Assembly: GCA_045546995.1 (NCBI GenBank) | Contig: JAZQDW010000067.1 | Location: forward strand, 1,864-65,863 | DNA: 64,000 nucleotides | DNA from: Eubacteriales bacterium | Lineage (GTDB): Bacteria > Bacillota > Clostridia > Oscillospirales > QAKW01 | Direction of reading: 5' to 3' | Part shown: piece after piece, positions 10,250 through 20,703 of the stretch | Numbering within the stretch: position 1 is the first letter of the stretch | How the letters are laid out: the number at the start of each line of letters is the position of its first letter | The notes under the pieces: model-generated | Databases searched by the model: none | What the model saw: the letters and a program-made list of their open reading frames with translations, nothing else | Told to the model about the DNA's origin: nothing | Program-made: the position numbers and the translations under genes

Positions 10250-11380
10250 TTGGTCAATTTTATTATTTGTGAATTTAATCCCTTCCACAACGGGCACGCC
10301 CATCTGTTAAAAGAGGTCCGCCCCCATCCCACCGTATGCATTATGAGTTCCCACGTGACCCAGCGCGGCGATATCGCCGTCACGGACAAATGGACCCGCG
10401 CCCACATGGCGTTGGAATGCGGCGCTGATCTTGTGCTGGAATTATCCGCCCCCTTTGCCATGGGCAACGCCCATACCTTCGCAGCAGGAGCCGCCGCCCT
10501 TGCGCGGGCCACGGGACTGCAAGGCCGTTTTTGCTACGGCACCGAAGGAGAGGTCCTGCCAACACTGCAACGCTTGGCCGCCATTGATGACAACCGATTG
10601 GATCCGACGGTGAAGGCCTTGCAGAAGCAGGGGTATTCCTACGCCAAGGCGTTGGCCACCGCCTACGAGCAGATCGATCCACAGGCGGCGACCGTCCTAT
10701 CCACGCCCAACAACGTTTTGGCTCTTGAATATTTGCGGGCCGCCCCTGACTTTGCGCATTTTTCCATTTCGAGAATAGGCGCCGCCCACGATTCGCCGGA
10801 CGGGCAAGACGGCTTTTGCTCTGCTTCCCTGCTACGTGAAAATATGAGTCAATACGCCGCCTTCACGCCGTCTGCCATACACGTTCTTTATCAAAAGATT
10901 TTAGACGAAGGATGCTTTCCCGATGTCAAAAAGAAAGATTTATTGTGGTTGCACGCCTTACGTGGGTTAACGGTGGAGCAATGGGACGAGATCGCCCCCG
11001 ACGGTATCGGCCGACGGTTTGCGCGAGCCGTACAAACCGCCGAAAGCGTCGAGCAATTATTAAGCGAAGTTAAAACCAAATGCTGTACCCACGCCTCCCT
11101 GCGCCGCCTGGCCATGAAAGCGTTTTTGGGTCTGCCACCCACCGACTCGCCCCAATACATCCGTGTATTGGGCGCCAACGCCGTCGGGAGAAAAATATTG
11201 TCCTCCATGCGCCCCACTCTGCCCGTTTTGACCAAGCCTGCCGCCGTGCGAGAATTATCCGCCGAAGCCTGCGCACTGATGGAGTACGAAAGCAGACTGA
11301 CAGATCATTTTATGTTTATGTTTCCCGCCCCCCGTGGCAAGGGAGCAGAATTTTTGACCTCACCCGTAATGGTGGATTAA
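10250..11380 (+). CDS. tmcAL: nucleotidyltransferase of the TmcAL (tRNA-Met cytidine acetate ligase) / UPF0348 family
   Basis: N-terminal IICEFNPFHNGHAHLL motif. TTG start 6 nt after AGGAGA. Confidence 0.7.
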   Translation: MVNFIICEFNPFHNGHAHLLKEVRPHPTVCIMSSHVTQRGDIAVTDKWTRAHMALECGADLVLELSAPFAMGNAHTFAAGAAALARATGLQGRFCYGTEGEVLPTLQRLAAIDDNRLDPTVKALQKQGYSYAKALATAYEQIDPQAATVLSTPNNVLALEYLRAAPDFAHFSISRIGAAHDSPDGQDGFCSASLLRENMSQYAAFTPSAIHVLYQKILDEGCFPDVKKKDLLWLHALRGLTVEQWDEIAPDGIGRRFARAVQTAESVEQLLSEVKTKCCTHASLRRLAMKAFLGLPPTDSPQYIRVLGANAVGRKILSSMRPTLPVLTKPAAVRELSAEACALMEYESRLTDHFMFMFPAPRGKGAEFLTSPVMVD

Positions 11381-11880
11381 TCGTCAAGACCGTGGTACCA
11401 AGCCAGTACGTCTGCAAGGTGCTTTTCATCCACAAAGTCGCCGCCGGCTCGGATGAGCTGTAGCATTGCGGCTTCCTTCTCATCCGCATTCTTTTTGGCG
11501 GACAGCATTTTGATCAGCATCCGGATCATCCACTTATGGAGGCCCCGCAATTTAGCGTGATCCATACCACCCTGCAAAGTAAACAGCGGCATAGCGTCCG
11601 GTAGTTTTTCCGCCGTACGGATCTCACTTAACAATTCGCCTGTCGGACACAGACCGACGGCACACAGAGCGGCAATGCTACAATGCTTTGCCGCTTTTTT
11701 GTATTCTTTAATATGAGAAGCAAACAACCACCCCATATAAATCGCAGGTTGCGTTTTATCCCCGGATTTGATATATTGAGACAGAGATACACATGGCAAA
11801 TCAAGCTTTTGTGACAGTAGCGCGGCATATCGGGCGGTATGTCCGGTTTCGGACGTGTATACGATGATTGCGGGTTTCAT
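11377..11880 (-). CDS. flavodoxin-like protein
   Basis: MKPAIIVYTSETGHTARYA N-terminus. The track ORF is extended 40 codons upstream without support. Confidence 0.65.
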   Translation of the reverse strand: MKPAIIVYTSETGHTARYAALLSQKLDLPCVSLSQYIKSGDKTQPAIYMGWLFASHIKEYKKAAKHCSIAALCAVGLCPTGELLSEIRTAEKLPDAMPLFTLQGGMDHAKLRGLHKWMIRMLIKMLSAKKNADEKEAAMLQLIRAGGDFVDEKHLADVLAWYHGLDD

Positions 11881-11893
11881 TTTATTCCTCTTT

Positions 11894-12751
11894 TCATTTA
11901 TAAATATATGTCGTATCCTGCTCCGGTACACCCAGATGCCGGGACGGAAGCTGACCGATGTATTTTTTGTATACGTTTGAAAAATACGAAAAATTTTCAA
12001 AGCCGCACATCACGGCGACCTGCTTGACAGAATATTTGCCGCTGCGCAGTAATCGCTCGGCATAGCCACAACGCACCGCTTGGATATACTGCAACGGCGT
12101 CAAACCAAGATATTGCTTAAAGGCCCGCGCAAAATAGTATTTACTGAAGCCTGCACACGCAGCCATTTCCTCCAACGTCAGTTTTTTACCAACGTTGTTT
12201 TTAACGTATTCCATCGCCTGGTGCATACATTTTGCCCGTTGATCGTGATGCGCGTGAGTAGTGCGCGGGCTGCTGTACTGCCGGCACAGCGCCAGCAACA
12301 GCTCCAGCACCGCACTCTTAATGGCGGTTTGCCGAAAAGGTCCGTTTTCCATATATTCGGTAACAACACGCTGATACAACACATTGATCTGCTTTTCACG
12401 CACGATGGGCTGAAAGTGAAGCGTCTGCTCGTTTATACCATTACTGCGGCAAAAACTGCTATCAATAATAAGACAATGATATTCCAATTGTTGTTGTACC
12501 GTGACCTGATGCACGGCAAAGGAGTCAATGACCGCAACATCACCGGCAGAAACAGGATAAGACGTGCCGTTGATATACACCGCGCCACTGCCCCGGATAA
12601 AATATAAGATTTCCGGATTTTCGTGAAAGTTACCCACCGCCGTCGTCGTTAGCCGATCCGTGTGAAAAATAAAGGGCAGTTGATGACCGAGCAAATGCGG
12701 CTCAAATTTAAAATCACGGGATGAGAGCAATATTTTGTTATCCATAAGCAA
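11894..12751 (-). CDS. AraC family transcriptional regulator
   Basis: Cupin-like N-domain plus C-terminal AraC HTH (GFSKYYFARAFKQYLGLTPLQY...GFENFSYFSNVYKKYIGQLP). Divergent from the GH20 gene. Confidence 0.85.
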   Translation of the reverse strand: MLMDNKILLSSRDFKFEPHLLGHQLPFIFHTDRLTTTAVGNFHENPEILYFIRGSGAVYINGTSYPVSAGDVAVIDSFAVHQVTVQQQLEYHCLIIDSSFCRSNGINEQTLHFQPIVREKQINVLYQRVVTEYMENGPFRQTAIKSAVLELLLALCRQYSSPRTTHAHHDQRAKCMHQAMEYVKNNVGKKLTLEEMAACAGFSKYYFARAFKQYLGLTPLQYIQAVRCGYAERLLRSGKYSVKQVAVMCGFENFSYFSNVYKKYIGQLPSRHLGVPEQDTTYIYK

Positions 12752-12828
12752 TATTCTCCATTTTCATTTACAAAATTATTATATATAATCGTATTAAAGA
12801 AATCAATAGAAATTAGGAGGTTTTCCAA

Positions 12829-14526
12829 ATGATCCATCTGATTCCGTCCGTAAAAGAATTGCAGTTTTTTAACGACGTCGTAGAAAAGAAAGCAATATTT
12901 TACAAATCCGATACCATAGATGCACGCATTGCAAAAGCGTTGCAAGCATTGCCCTTTGCCGAGGGCGGATTGCCCGTCAGCATAGTGTGCGGCGAGCAAG
13001 GCGAGGCCTATGAACTGAATGTTTCCAATCAAGGTGTTTCCATAAAAGCCGCCGGTCCCGCCGGTGCCTTTTATGCCGTACAGACCTTGCGGCAATTGTT
13101 TGAACAGGACCAACTTCCCTGCGTGAAAATCAAGGACGAGCCCGATTTCCCCTACCGCGGTTTTTATCACGACGTGACCCGCGGCAAGATCCCTACAATG
13201 GAAACGATGAAAAAGCTCATCGACGACATGGCCTACTACAAGATGAACGCCCTGCAATTGTACGTAGAGCATACCTACGAGTTTGAGGAATATAAAGACG
13301 TACACGCCAAGACGGGTTGTCTGACAGCCGCGCAGCTCAAAGAGCTGGACGCCTACTGTGCCGAGCGTTTTATCAGCTTTGAGCCGTCGCTGTCCACCTT
13401 CGGTCATCTCTTTGAGTTGCTCAATCAGGACAAATACGCGCACCTGCGTGTCAACAAGGGCGAATTGGCAAAAAATGCCTGGCATCACCGTATGGCCCAT
13501 CACACCATTGATCCCCTCCATCCTGAAAGCATCGAGATCATCAAAAGTCTGATCGACCAGTACGAGCCTAATTTTACCACCGATATCTTCAACATTTGCT
13601 GTGACGAGACCTTCGATTTGAAACACTACGGCAAAGAAGGCGAGGAGGTCGACACCGGCAAGCTGTACATTGATTTTGTCAAAAAGATCATTGCCCATCT
13701 GAAGGCGAAGGGCAAAACAGTTATGATGTGGGCCGATATTTTGCTGGAGCATCCCGAAGTGATCGAAGAATTACCCGAGGATACCATTTTTCTCAGTTGG
13801 CAATACGGCGCCGTCCCCAACGAGCAGAAGATCATCAAATTTAAGGATCTGGGGCGCACGCAGATCGTTTGCCCCGGCACCACCACCTGGAGCCGTCTGT
13901 GTGAGAACCCCAGTATTTCTCAACGCAACATCGCCAAAATGGCAGAATACGGCAAAAAGCACGGCGCTTTGGGTGTGCTGAATACCAACTGGGGTGATTA
14001 TGCCAACCCCTGTTCCCTGGAGCTGGCCATGTTCGGTATGATCTGGGGCGCAGAGAAGTCCTGGTCGGTCAACACACCTGCGGATGAAAAGTTCAATGAT
14101 GCCATCAACCATCTGTGCTATCACAACGATCATTTCACCGATTTGCTGTTTGAGCTGAACACCCTGCACAGTCTGGTCAACTGGAATGCATTTACACTGT
14201 GCTATCACGAAAAGCAAAACGGTCTGCCCACCGATCATCGCGGCATTGCCACCGTTAATATGGTTACCCTGCAGGACGGTTATCTGGCGCTGAAGAAAAA
14301 GCTGGACAAGGAGCCGGAAAGCCCGTTTATCACCGAAATGAAGGTGGCCGCCGAAGGTTTGTGCGTATTGACCGAGTTGACTGCCAAAATGATTGGCTAC
14401 AATCTGGAACGCGTAACCGACACCAAAGAATGGCTGGCAAAATACAGCAAGCTGTGGCTGGAGAAAAATCAACCCAACGAGCTGTACCGCATCGAAGAAA
14501 TGATCAATGATTGCGAAAATTACTGA
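12829..14526 (+). CDS. glycoside hydrolase family 20 beta-N-acetylhexosaminidase-like
   Basis: IKDEPDFPYRGFYHDVTRG...MNALQLYVEHTYEF pattern typical of GH20 catalytic domains. Confidence 0.75.
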   Translation: MIHLIPSVKELQFFNDVVEKKAIFYKSDTIDARIAKALQALPFAEGGLPVSIVCGEQGEAYELNVSNQGVSIKAAGPAGAFYAVQTLRQLFEQDQLPCVKIKDEPDFPYRGFYHDVTRGKIPTMETMKKLIDDMAYYKMNALQLYVEHTYEFEEYKDVHAKTGCLTAAQLKELDAYCAERFISFEPSLSTFGHLFELLNQDKYAHLRVNKGELAKNAWHHRMAHHTIDPLHPESIEIIKSLIDQYEPNFTTDIFNICCDETFDLKHYGKEGEEVDTGKLYIDFVKKIIAHLKAKGKTVMMWADILLEHPEVIEELPEDTIFLSWQYGAVPNEQKIIKFKDLGRTQIVCPGTTTWSRLCENPSISQRNIAKMAEYGKKHGALGVLNTNWGDYANPCSLELAMFGMIWGAEKSWSVNTPADEKFNDAINHLCYHNDHFTDLLFELNTLHSLVNWNAFTLCYHEKQNGLPTDHRGIATVNMVTLQDGYLALKKKLDKEPESPFITEMKVAAEGLCVLTELTAKMIGYNLERVTDTKEWLAKYSKLWLEKNQPNELYRIEEMINDCENY

Positions 14527-14543
14527 TTCTTAAAAACAATTTT

Positions 14544-14565
14544 TACTAATTGATAATAATTACTA
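14544..14565. promoter_or_regulatory. AT-rich imperfect palindrome, candidate Fur/PerR-family operator
   Basis: TACTAATTGATAATAATTACTA (16 of 22 positions self-complementary) abutting the -35 of the perR-rbr promoter. Confidence 0.35.
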
Positions 14566-14594
14566 TTGACAACAAGCCTCTGCTGTGATACAAT
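14566..14594 (+). promoter_or_regulatory. sigma-A type promoter of the perR-rbr operon
   Basis: TTGACA, 17-nt spacer, TACAAT, with TG at -15/-14. Confidence 0.7.
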
Positions 14595-14657
14595 GAAACC
14601 ATCAAGCAGAGGCTTGTTTCATTAACAAGCACATCAAACGAAAAGAGAGGTGACCAA

Positions 14658-15032
14658 ATGCGTCAAATCAGAAACACCCCCCAACGTGACATCGTTCGGG
14701 AAGCGATGCACGAAAACTACAACCATCCCACCGCTGAAGAGATTTTTGAAAAGATCCATCAAGAGCACCCCTCCATCAGCTTTGCCACCGTTTATCGCAA
14801 CCTGAATCTTTTGGCAGAGCAAGGGGAAATTTTACGGTTGCACATGCCGGAGGGTCCGGATCACTATGACTGCACCACTTCCCCACACTATCATTTCTTA
14901 TGCAGAAAATGCAATCGCATTCAGGACACAGACATCCCCTTTACGGAGGATTTTGATCACATTTGTCCCGAAGGATGCACAGCAGAGACTCACGTTTTGA
15001 CCTTAATCGGTCTATGCCAACATTGTAATTAA
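14658..15032 (+). CDS. perR: Fur family transcriptional regulator (PerR-like)
   Basis: TPQRDIV...HPTAEEIF...[10 protein letters not shown] winged helix and C-terminal CxxC...CxxC. Sits directly upstream of rubrerythrin. Confidence 0.8.
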   Translation: MRQIRNTPQRDIVREAMHENYNHPTAEEIFEKIHQEHPSISFATVYRNLNLLAEQGEILRLHMPEGPDHYDCTTSPHYHFLCRKCNRIQDTDIPFTEDFDHICPEGCTAETHVLTLIGLCQHCN

Positions 15033-15057
15033 TAATTTTTTTAAAGGAGCGTTTATT

Positions 15058-15594
15058 ATGAATTTGAAAGGTAGCAAAACCGAAAGAAACTTAATGGAGG
15101 CATTTGCCGGCGAAAGCATGGCCAGAAACAAATACACCTATTTTGCCTCCAAAGCAAAAAAAGATGGATACGAGCAGATCGCCGCGATCTTCCAGTCCAC
15201 TGCCGACAACGAAAAGGAGCACGCCAAGCTGTGGTTTAAACTGCTCAATGACGGTATCGGCTCTACCCTGGACAATCTGAGAGCTGCCGCCGCCGGCGAA
15301 AACGAAGAGTGGACCGATATGTATGCCAGAATGGCAAAAGAGGCCCACGAAGAAGGCTTTGAGGATATTGCCCGCCTGTTCGAGGGCGTAGCCGCCATTG
15401 AAAAAGAGCACGAAGAAAGATACCTGAAACTGGTTGAAAACATCGAAAACGGCAGTGTATTTAAGAAAGACAGCAAGGTCGTATGGATCTGCCGCAACTG
15501 CGGTCACATTGTTGACAGCATCGAAGCTCCCGAATCCTGCCCCGTCTGCGCCCATCCCCAGGCATACTTTGAGTTGCGCGTCATCAATTACTAA
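15058..15594 (+). CDS. rbr: rubrerythrin
   Basis: Ferritin-like ExxH repeats ([18 protein letters not shown]) plus a C-terminal rubredoxin CRNCG...CPVC. Confidence 0.95.
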   Translation: MNLKGSKTERNLMEAFAGESMARNKYTYFASKAKKDGYEQIAAIFQSTADNEKEHAKLWFKLLNDGIGSTLDNLRAAAAGENEEWTDMYARMAKEAHEEGFEDIARLFEGVAAIEKEHEERYLKLVENIENGSVFKKDSKVVWICRNCGHIVDSIEAPESCPVCAHPQAYFELRVINY

Positions 15595-15614
15595 AGACTT
15601 CTCCCCTCTTCCGG

Positions 15615-15647
15615 CCCCGTGCGTAAAAAGCACGGGGCTTTCCTTTT
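15615..15647 (+). terminator. intrinsic terminator after rbr
   Basis: CCCCGTGC/GCACGGGG stem followed by a T-rich tract. Confidence 0.6.
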
Positions 15648-15654
15648 ATAAAAA

Positions 15655-15697
15655 ACTGCCCCCGTTTATGCGTACAGCACAAACGGGGGCAGTTTTC
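15655..15697. terminator. bidirectional intrinsic terminator (rbr / CPBP gene)
   Basis: 13-bp stem ACTGCCCCCGTTT/AAACGGGGGCAGT flanked by an A-run and a T-run. Confidence 0.7.
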
Positions 15698-15714
15698 AAC
15701 TTTAAAAAATATCA

Positions 15715-16617
15715 TCACAAAATATAGGTAAAAACCATCTTCAAAATACAACCGGCCACAAACAACCACAAACTGATACTGCTCCAAGGAGAAGCCTTGG
15801 AACGGCGTTTGACGTAACGAAGTTTTCCGTGATTTCCACGCTCCGCAATCACCTTTTCCAGCATTTTCAGCACACCGATCAAAATCAAAAAGAGGATCGC
15901 AATGATGAAAATGACAAACAACGTATCTTCCAAAATATAAGTGATATAGTCCTGATGATAAGAGATCATCAACGCCACAAGATTGTTGAGGATATGGGCG
16001 ATCAACGCCGGCCAGACTGAATCAAACAGCAAGGTCAGCACGCCAAAGCACATACCGGCCACAAACAGCGACAGCATCGTGATGGGATTGGCGTGAAACA
16101 GCGCAAAAATCAACGAGGTGATGACCACGGCGCGCACGCTACCGTACTGCTCATACTCGCTCAGCGCCACGCCGCGCAATAACAGTTCCTCCGTCACGGC
16201 GGGCAAAAGCACCATCGTCAGCAATAAAACCAACGGATTCTGGGAGGAAAAACCAACCAACGCCGTGGGCTGCACGGTGGAATTGACCGAGGTGAATACC
16301 ACGGCGCCCAGCACGTTGAGCAAGCCGCAAATCAAACAGATCGCCACACCCATTAACAGTGTAAAAGGGATATATTTTACAGGCAACGAATGCAGGCGCA
16401 TAATGCTTTTGGCTTTTTTGCCGCTTTTCTTGATATAAATCAACATCGGAATGATAAAGATAAAAGCATAAACGAGCATTACGCCCCAATTACGCAGTTT
16501 CAGCCAACCGAAATGCTGCAATGCGCTGAGCGCCAGCAAAAGCGCTAATATAATCAGGCAGAGAAGGGATATTTTATTTTTTCGTGGTGCTGCTGCCATA
16601 TTATACCTCACAAGCAA
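15715..16617 (-). CDS. CPBP family intramembrane glutamic endopeptidase (CAAX protease-like)
   Basis: Multi-TM with EELLLRG and FALFH...HILNN motifs. Confidence 0.8.
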   Translation of the reverse strand: MLVRYNMAAAPRKNKISLLCLIILALLLALSALQHFGWLKLRNWGVMLVYAFIFIIPMLIYIKKSGKKAKSIMRLHSLPVKYIPFTLLMGVAICLICGLLNVLGAVVFTSVNSTVQPTALVGFSSQNPLVLLLTMVLLPAVTEELLLRGVALSEYEQYGSVRAVVITSLIFALFHANPITMLSLFVAGMCFGVLTLLFDSVWPALIAHILNNLVALMISYHQDYITYILEDTLFVIFIIAILFLILIGVLKMLEKVIAERGNHGKLRYVKRRSKASPWSSISLWLFVAGCILKMVFTYIL

Positions 16618-17149
16618 GCTCTTGTTTTAAAGCTTCCATTCTTTCTTTACCGCAAAGCGTCTCCACCAGTACCAGAGAAAATTCCATTGCCGTGGCCGCT
16701 GAGCGGGAGGTGATGATCTTCCCGGACTTGCAGACTGCCTTTTTACTGAGTTTGGCGCCAAGCAGTCCATCCTCCATACCGGGATAACAGGTTGCTTCCC
16801 GATCCATCAACAGAAACATACGTCCCAAAATGGTAGGGGCGGCACAAATGGCGGCAATCCACGCATCCTGCTTCTCCGCGCGACGAATCATATCCCGAAC
16901 GAAATGCGATTCTTCCAATCTTTGATAACCGGGATAGCCACCGGGCAGGATGAGCATTTCCATATCACGCAAATCATCTGTCACACGCTCCTCGGTGCAA
17001 TCAGCGACCACCGTAACACCGCGGGCACCCGTGACCTCCCGATTTCTGATACTGACCGTCTTTACCGGCACGTCACAGCGGCGCAACAAATCTACAGGCG
17101 TCAGCGCCTCCACCTCTTCAAAGCCGTCGGCAAGTAAAACGTAAACCAT
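16601..17149 (-). CDS. DJ-1/PfpI family protein
   Basis: VLLADGFEEVEALTPVDLLRR...AAICAAP nucleophile-elbow Cys. Confidence 0.85.
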   Translation of the reverse strand: MVYVLLADGFEEVEALTPVDLLRRCDVPVKTVSIRNREVTGARGVTVVADCTEERVTDDLRDMEMLILPGGYPGYQRLEESHFVRDMIRRAEKQDAWIAAICAAPTILGRMFLLMDREATCYPGMEDGLLGAKLSKKAVCKSGKIITSRSAATAMEFSLVLVETLCGKERMEALKQELACEV

Positions 17150-18012
17150 TATTTCTTCTCCATTTCAACCTCGTATTTATGAACGATCAGCGCCGGCGCA
17201 TAAGACATCTTGGCCTTCCGCAGGCCCTTCTCCCCTGAATCGTCCTCACGATTGATATATTCATATCCGTTACAATAAGCACGGACGAATTCACGATTGA
17301 TCATCGGATAGGCGCCGCGAACGTAATGAAGCGCCTTTTCCACGTGTACGCAATAGGTCTGCGCCGTGATCGGCTCGCCGTAGGAATAGGCAACGATATC
17401 GCCGCCCGCATACAGCACCAGTCCGTCCAGACCCATTTGCAAAAACTGCTGCAGTTCGAGTTCTGCCGCATCCAGCTCATCCTGTAAATTTTCGTCCAAT
17501 TCCCGTTCGGCCGCCCACATTTGATGAAAGCGCACCACGTCGGACAGGTTATCCGCTGTGATGGGGGCGACATACCAATCAGGATAATCCCGAACAAAGG
17601 CATTGATATGATTCCGCTTTGCCGCCAATTTTTTCCCGGTCAACTCCGCCAACGGCTCCCGCCGGTAGAGATAATCCGACCATCGGCGATCGTAAAAAGC
17701 GCGAATATGGGTAAAATACTGCTCCAAAAACGAAAAATCTTCGTTTTCGACGGCAAACATTGCCACCTTTTCCGTCGGATAAAGCTCGATCACCTTTTGC
17801 AGAGCCGCCGCGCGGTTTTTACCGATGGGCAACGAATACCGATCCCCCAACCGACAGACCAGGGTGTCCATCACGTTGGCCACCTCAATACCAAAGGTAT
17901 TACCCCAGGTATAAAGGTTTGCAAAGCTTTCCTCACAACTCTTATGTTTGGTTTCCGCCATGACGGCACGGATCCATTCACGGTCGGCAAGGGTCACCTT
18001 GTGAAAATCCAT
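17149..18012 (-). CDS. DUF2156-like protein (lysyl-PG synthase C-terminal-like / GNAT fold)
   Basis: Motifs FANLYTWG...KLAAKRNHINAF resemble the DUF2156 family. Assignment is from memory only. Confidence 0.5.
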   Translation of the reverse strand: MDFHKVTLADREWIRAVMAETKHKSCEESFANLYTWGNTFGIEVANVMDTLVCRLGDRYSLPIGKNRAAALQKVIELYPTEKVAMFAVENEDFSFLEQYFTHIRAFYDRRWSDYLYRREPLAELTGKKLAAKRNHINAFVRDYPDWYVAPITADNLSDVVRFHQMWAAERELDENLQDELDAAELELQQFLQMGLDGLVLYAGGDIVAYSYGEPITAQTYCVHVEKALHYVRGAYPMINREFVRAYCNGYEYINREDDSGEKGLRKAKMSYAPALIVHKYEVEMEKK

Positions 18013-18013
18013 C

Positions 18014-18688
18014 TTACAAAACCTCTTGTTTTACAATACTGTAGATCCGCTCGGCGTTTTCTTCGATGGAAAAGGCGTGAGTATCATCACACAGGCGTAC
18101 CACGCGCCAATCCCAATACTCACCGGCATACAACGCACTTTTTCTGCAAAAACGCAAATACTCGATATCCTTTTCGTGGATATCCTTTTTCCCCTCGTCT
18201 CCGTGATAGCGGCCGGTCATCAGCCGTTGGGAGATGTCGGGATCCATATCCAGATACAACGTGATATCCGGGCGAGGCAATCCCAGCAGGGTGTATTCAT
18301 ATTCCTCCAGCCACCGCAAAAAGGCATCCCATTCGTCGGCGGGCAGTTTGCCCATCTGATGGGTGGCGTTACTGGTGGTATAGCGATCGGCGATGATGAT
18401 GCCGCCGTTATTATAAAAATCCTGCCAGTATTTCTTATAGCTTGCAAACCGATCCACCGCATAAAACGAGGAGGCGGCATAAGCGTTGACGTCCTCCGGT
18501 CGGGTGCCGAATTCGCCGCCAAGATACATCTTAACCAATTCACTGGAACGCTCGTTATAATCGGGGAAGGTGATTTTTTTCACCTGCAACCCTTCCTCGG
18601 TCAGCCGTTGCGCCAGACGTGCGGCGTGTGTCCCCTTGCCACTACCGTCCAGACCCTCCAGCACGATCAATTTTCCCATATTACTCAC
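18014..18688 (-). CDS. tmk: thymidylate kinase-like (dTMP kinase)
   Basis: P-loop LEGLDGSGKGT. Adjacent to and overlapping thyX. Confidence 0.75.
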   Translation of the reverse strand: MSNMGKLIVLEGLDGSGKGTHAARLAQRLTEEGLQVKKITFPDYNERSSELVKMYLGGEFGTRPEDVNAYAASSFYAVDRFASYKKYWQDFYNNGGIIIADRYTTSNATHQMGKLPADEWDAFLRWLEEYEYTLLGLPRPDITLYLDMDPDISQRLMTGRYHGDEGKKDIHEKDIEYLRFCRKSALYAGEYWDWRVVRLCDDTHAFSIEENAERIYSIVKQEVL

Positions 18689-19412
18689 CCAAAAACTTTT
18701 CTTTCATTTCCTGCATTTTGCCGCAGGTCATCTTCCCCTCCGGACAACGGCCCTTCAGGCAGGGCGGACCGGCATAACGGAAGATCGTAGGCGCCACCTC
18801 TTTTACCAGCGCGCACATCTGTGTGGCCAGTTCTCTGATCTCCCACTGCGCGCGGTTACAGCACCGCAGGCGGAAGAAGTTGAGCAGGCTACGGGCGTTC
18901 ATCGTCATAATCATTTTGGTGGCGCAGGCGTTGGGCAAAACGAAACGGGCATCCTCGATCGCCTTTTTCTCTGCCGCCTTGGCATCCATCTGTCCGATAT
19001 ATTTTTGCTCCAGCGTAGCCGCCAGATCCTGATAAGCCGCAAAAATATCCTGCATAGTCTTTTCATATTTGGCCAGCGCCACGGCATCCTCGGCAATAGC
19101 GGGCGGCGTTACAAAGCTGAAAATATTTTCCTTAACGTATCGTTGGCTCTGCACGCTGAAGGAGGCGATACGGTGCCGTGTAATCTGCGCCAGCAACGCG
19201 CGGCTGACCCCCTCGATACCGAAGGTGAAGGTGATATGCTCAATGGGGCTTTCGTGACCCAAAGAGGCAAGCATCTCCAAAAACTTTTCCGTTTTTTCCG
19301 GCGTCAGACCCTCCATAACCGTATCAATATCTGCGCTGGCATAGCACAACTTGGCCGCCGCGGCAACGGTTTTTTCCCCGTCGGGGGTATAATTAAGCAG
19401 GGTTACCTTCAT
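18681..19412 (-). CDS. thyX: FAD-dependent thymidylate synthase
   Basis: ThyX motif RHRIASFSVQSQRY. Confidence 0.95.
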   Translation of the reverse strand: MKVTLLNYTPDGEKTVAAAAKLCYASADIDTVMEGLTPEKTEKFLEMLASLGHESPIEHITFTFGIEGVSRALLAQITRHRIASFSVQSQRYVKENIFSFVTPPAIAEDAVALAKYEKTMQDIFAAYQDLAATLEQKYIGQMDAKAAEKKAIEDARFVLPNACATKMIMTMNARSLLNFFRLRCCNRAQWEIRELATQMCALVKEVAPTIFRYAGPPCLKGRCPEGKMTCGKMQEMKEKFLGE

Positions 19413-20143
19413 TTTGCCTGCCTCCTTTGCTTTTTATATTTGTAAACGCTTACAAAAAACTTGGGCAGTTTCATCATTCGTTTGGCGCGCCAAGGTTCCT
19501 TAAGCAAGCGGTACAGCCATTCCAGACCCAGTTTAATAAAAATCTTGGGCGCCCGTTTTACCGTGCCGGCAAATACATCCAGACTACCGCCCAGACCCAT
19601 CATCAGGCTGATATTAAGTTCCGCCTTATGCTGCATCATCCACTGCTCCTGCTTAGGTACGCCCAGGCAAACGAACAGCGCATCGGTATCGGCGGCGTTG
19701 ATGGCATCTACCACCGGACCGTCCTCTTTGAAATAACCGTCCTGCACGCCGCAGATGATCAGATTGGGATGCGCCTGCTTCATCTTTTCAGCGGCGGCGG
19801 CGGCCACACCGGGCTTGGCCCCCAGCAAAAACAGGCGTTTTCCCTTACGTTCCATTTCAGCCAGCAGGTTCCACGCCAGATCGCAACCGGCCACCTTCTG
19901 CTTCAGCGGGGTGCCCAAAATCTGCGCGCCCTTGACCACACCGATTCCGTCCGGAATGATATAGTCGGCGCTGCCGATGATCTTGTGCACGCCCTCGTCC
20001 TCAACGCACAGTTGTAAAATTTCTGCATTGGGGGTGACGATCACCCGTTTATCTTTGGTGTCCAAAAAGGCGCTGACATCCTGCACCGCCTGTTCCATCG
20101 TAACGTTTTGAATGGGAATTCCCACAACATCAACTGTCATCAA
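19409..20143 (-). CDS. WecB/TagA/CpsF family glycosyltransferase
   Basis: IVTPNAEIL...IIPDGIGVV...LGVPKQE pattern. Confidence 0.8.
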   Translation of the reverse strand: MMTVDVVGIPIQNVTMEQAVQDVSAFLDTKDKRVIVTPNAEILQLCVEDEGVHKIIGSADYIIPDGIGVVKGAQILGTPLKQKVAGCDLAWNLLAEMERKGKRLFLLGAKPGVAAAAAEKMKQAHPNLIICGVQDGYFKEDGPVVDAINAADTDALFVCLGVPKQEQWMMQHKAELNISLMMGLGGSLDVFAGTVKRAPKIFIKLGLEWLYRLLKEPWRAKRMMKLPKFFVSVYKYKKQRRQAK

Positions 20144-20311
20144 AAATACACTCCTTTATGGGTGGACATACTTGTATTTATTATAACAAAATATCAAATA
20201 TATTGCAATAAATATAAAGAAAAATATAGGATATTCTTTTCTCTTTACAAAAGAACAAAGTTGTGCTATACTGTTTGGAGAGAAAAAACTTACAAAGGAG
20301 TTTGATATACT

Positions 20312-20608
20312 ATGGCAGCCGCAAAACAAAAATCCGAATTTTTCACCTATAAGGGTCTGCCCTTCGTTCGCAGCAAAAACTTTATTTACTACGGCAATCC
20401 CGGCGACAAGCACATTATTTTCATCAACATTCTGGAAACGGACGGCAGCGCCGAGGATCTGCCCACCCGCGTCAGCGTTGAATTATTGCTGACCGACGAG
20501 ACGTTACTTCCCAACGAGCGTTCGCTGAAGAAAAAGGAAAAAAGCTCGCTGTACGAAGCATTTGATCTGGGCCAGATCTGGTTGCAGAGAGCAAACAAGG
20601 CAAAATAA
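20312..20608 (+). CDS. hypothetical small protein (98 aa)
   Basis: ORF with its own terminator. No motif recognised. Confidence 0.5.
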   Translation: MAAAKQKSEFFTYKGLPFVRSKNFIYYGNPGDKHIIFINILETDGSAEDLPTRVSVELLLTDETLLPNERSLKKKEKSSLYEAFDLGQIWLQRANKAK

Positions 20609-20615
20609 TTAAAAA

Positions 20616-20642
20616 GGTGACGGGTTTCCGTCACCTTTTTTC
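20616..20642 (+). terminator. intrinsic terminator
   Basis: GGTGACGG/CCGTCACC stem followed by T7. Confidence 0.75.
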
Positions 20643-20703
20643 TTGCAAAAGCACCGAAGATCAGAGTACAATATATATAAGATTTCAAGAGAGGGCGTAC
20701 AGT

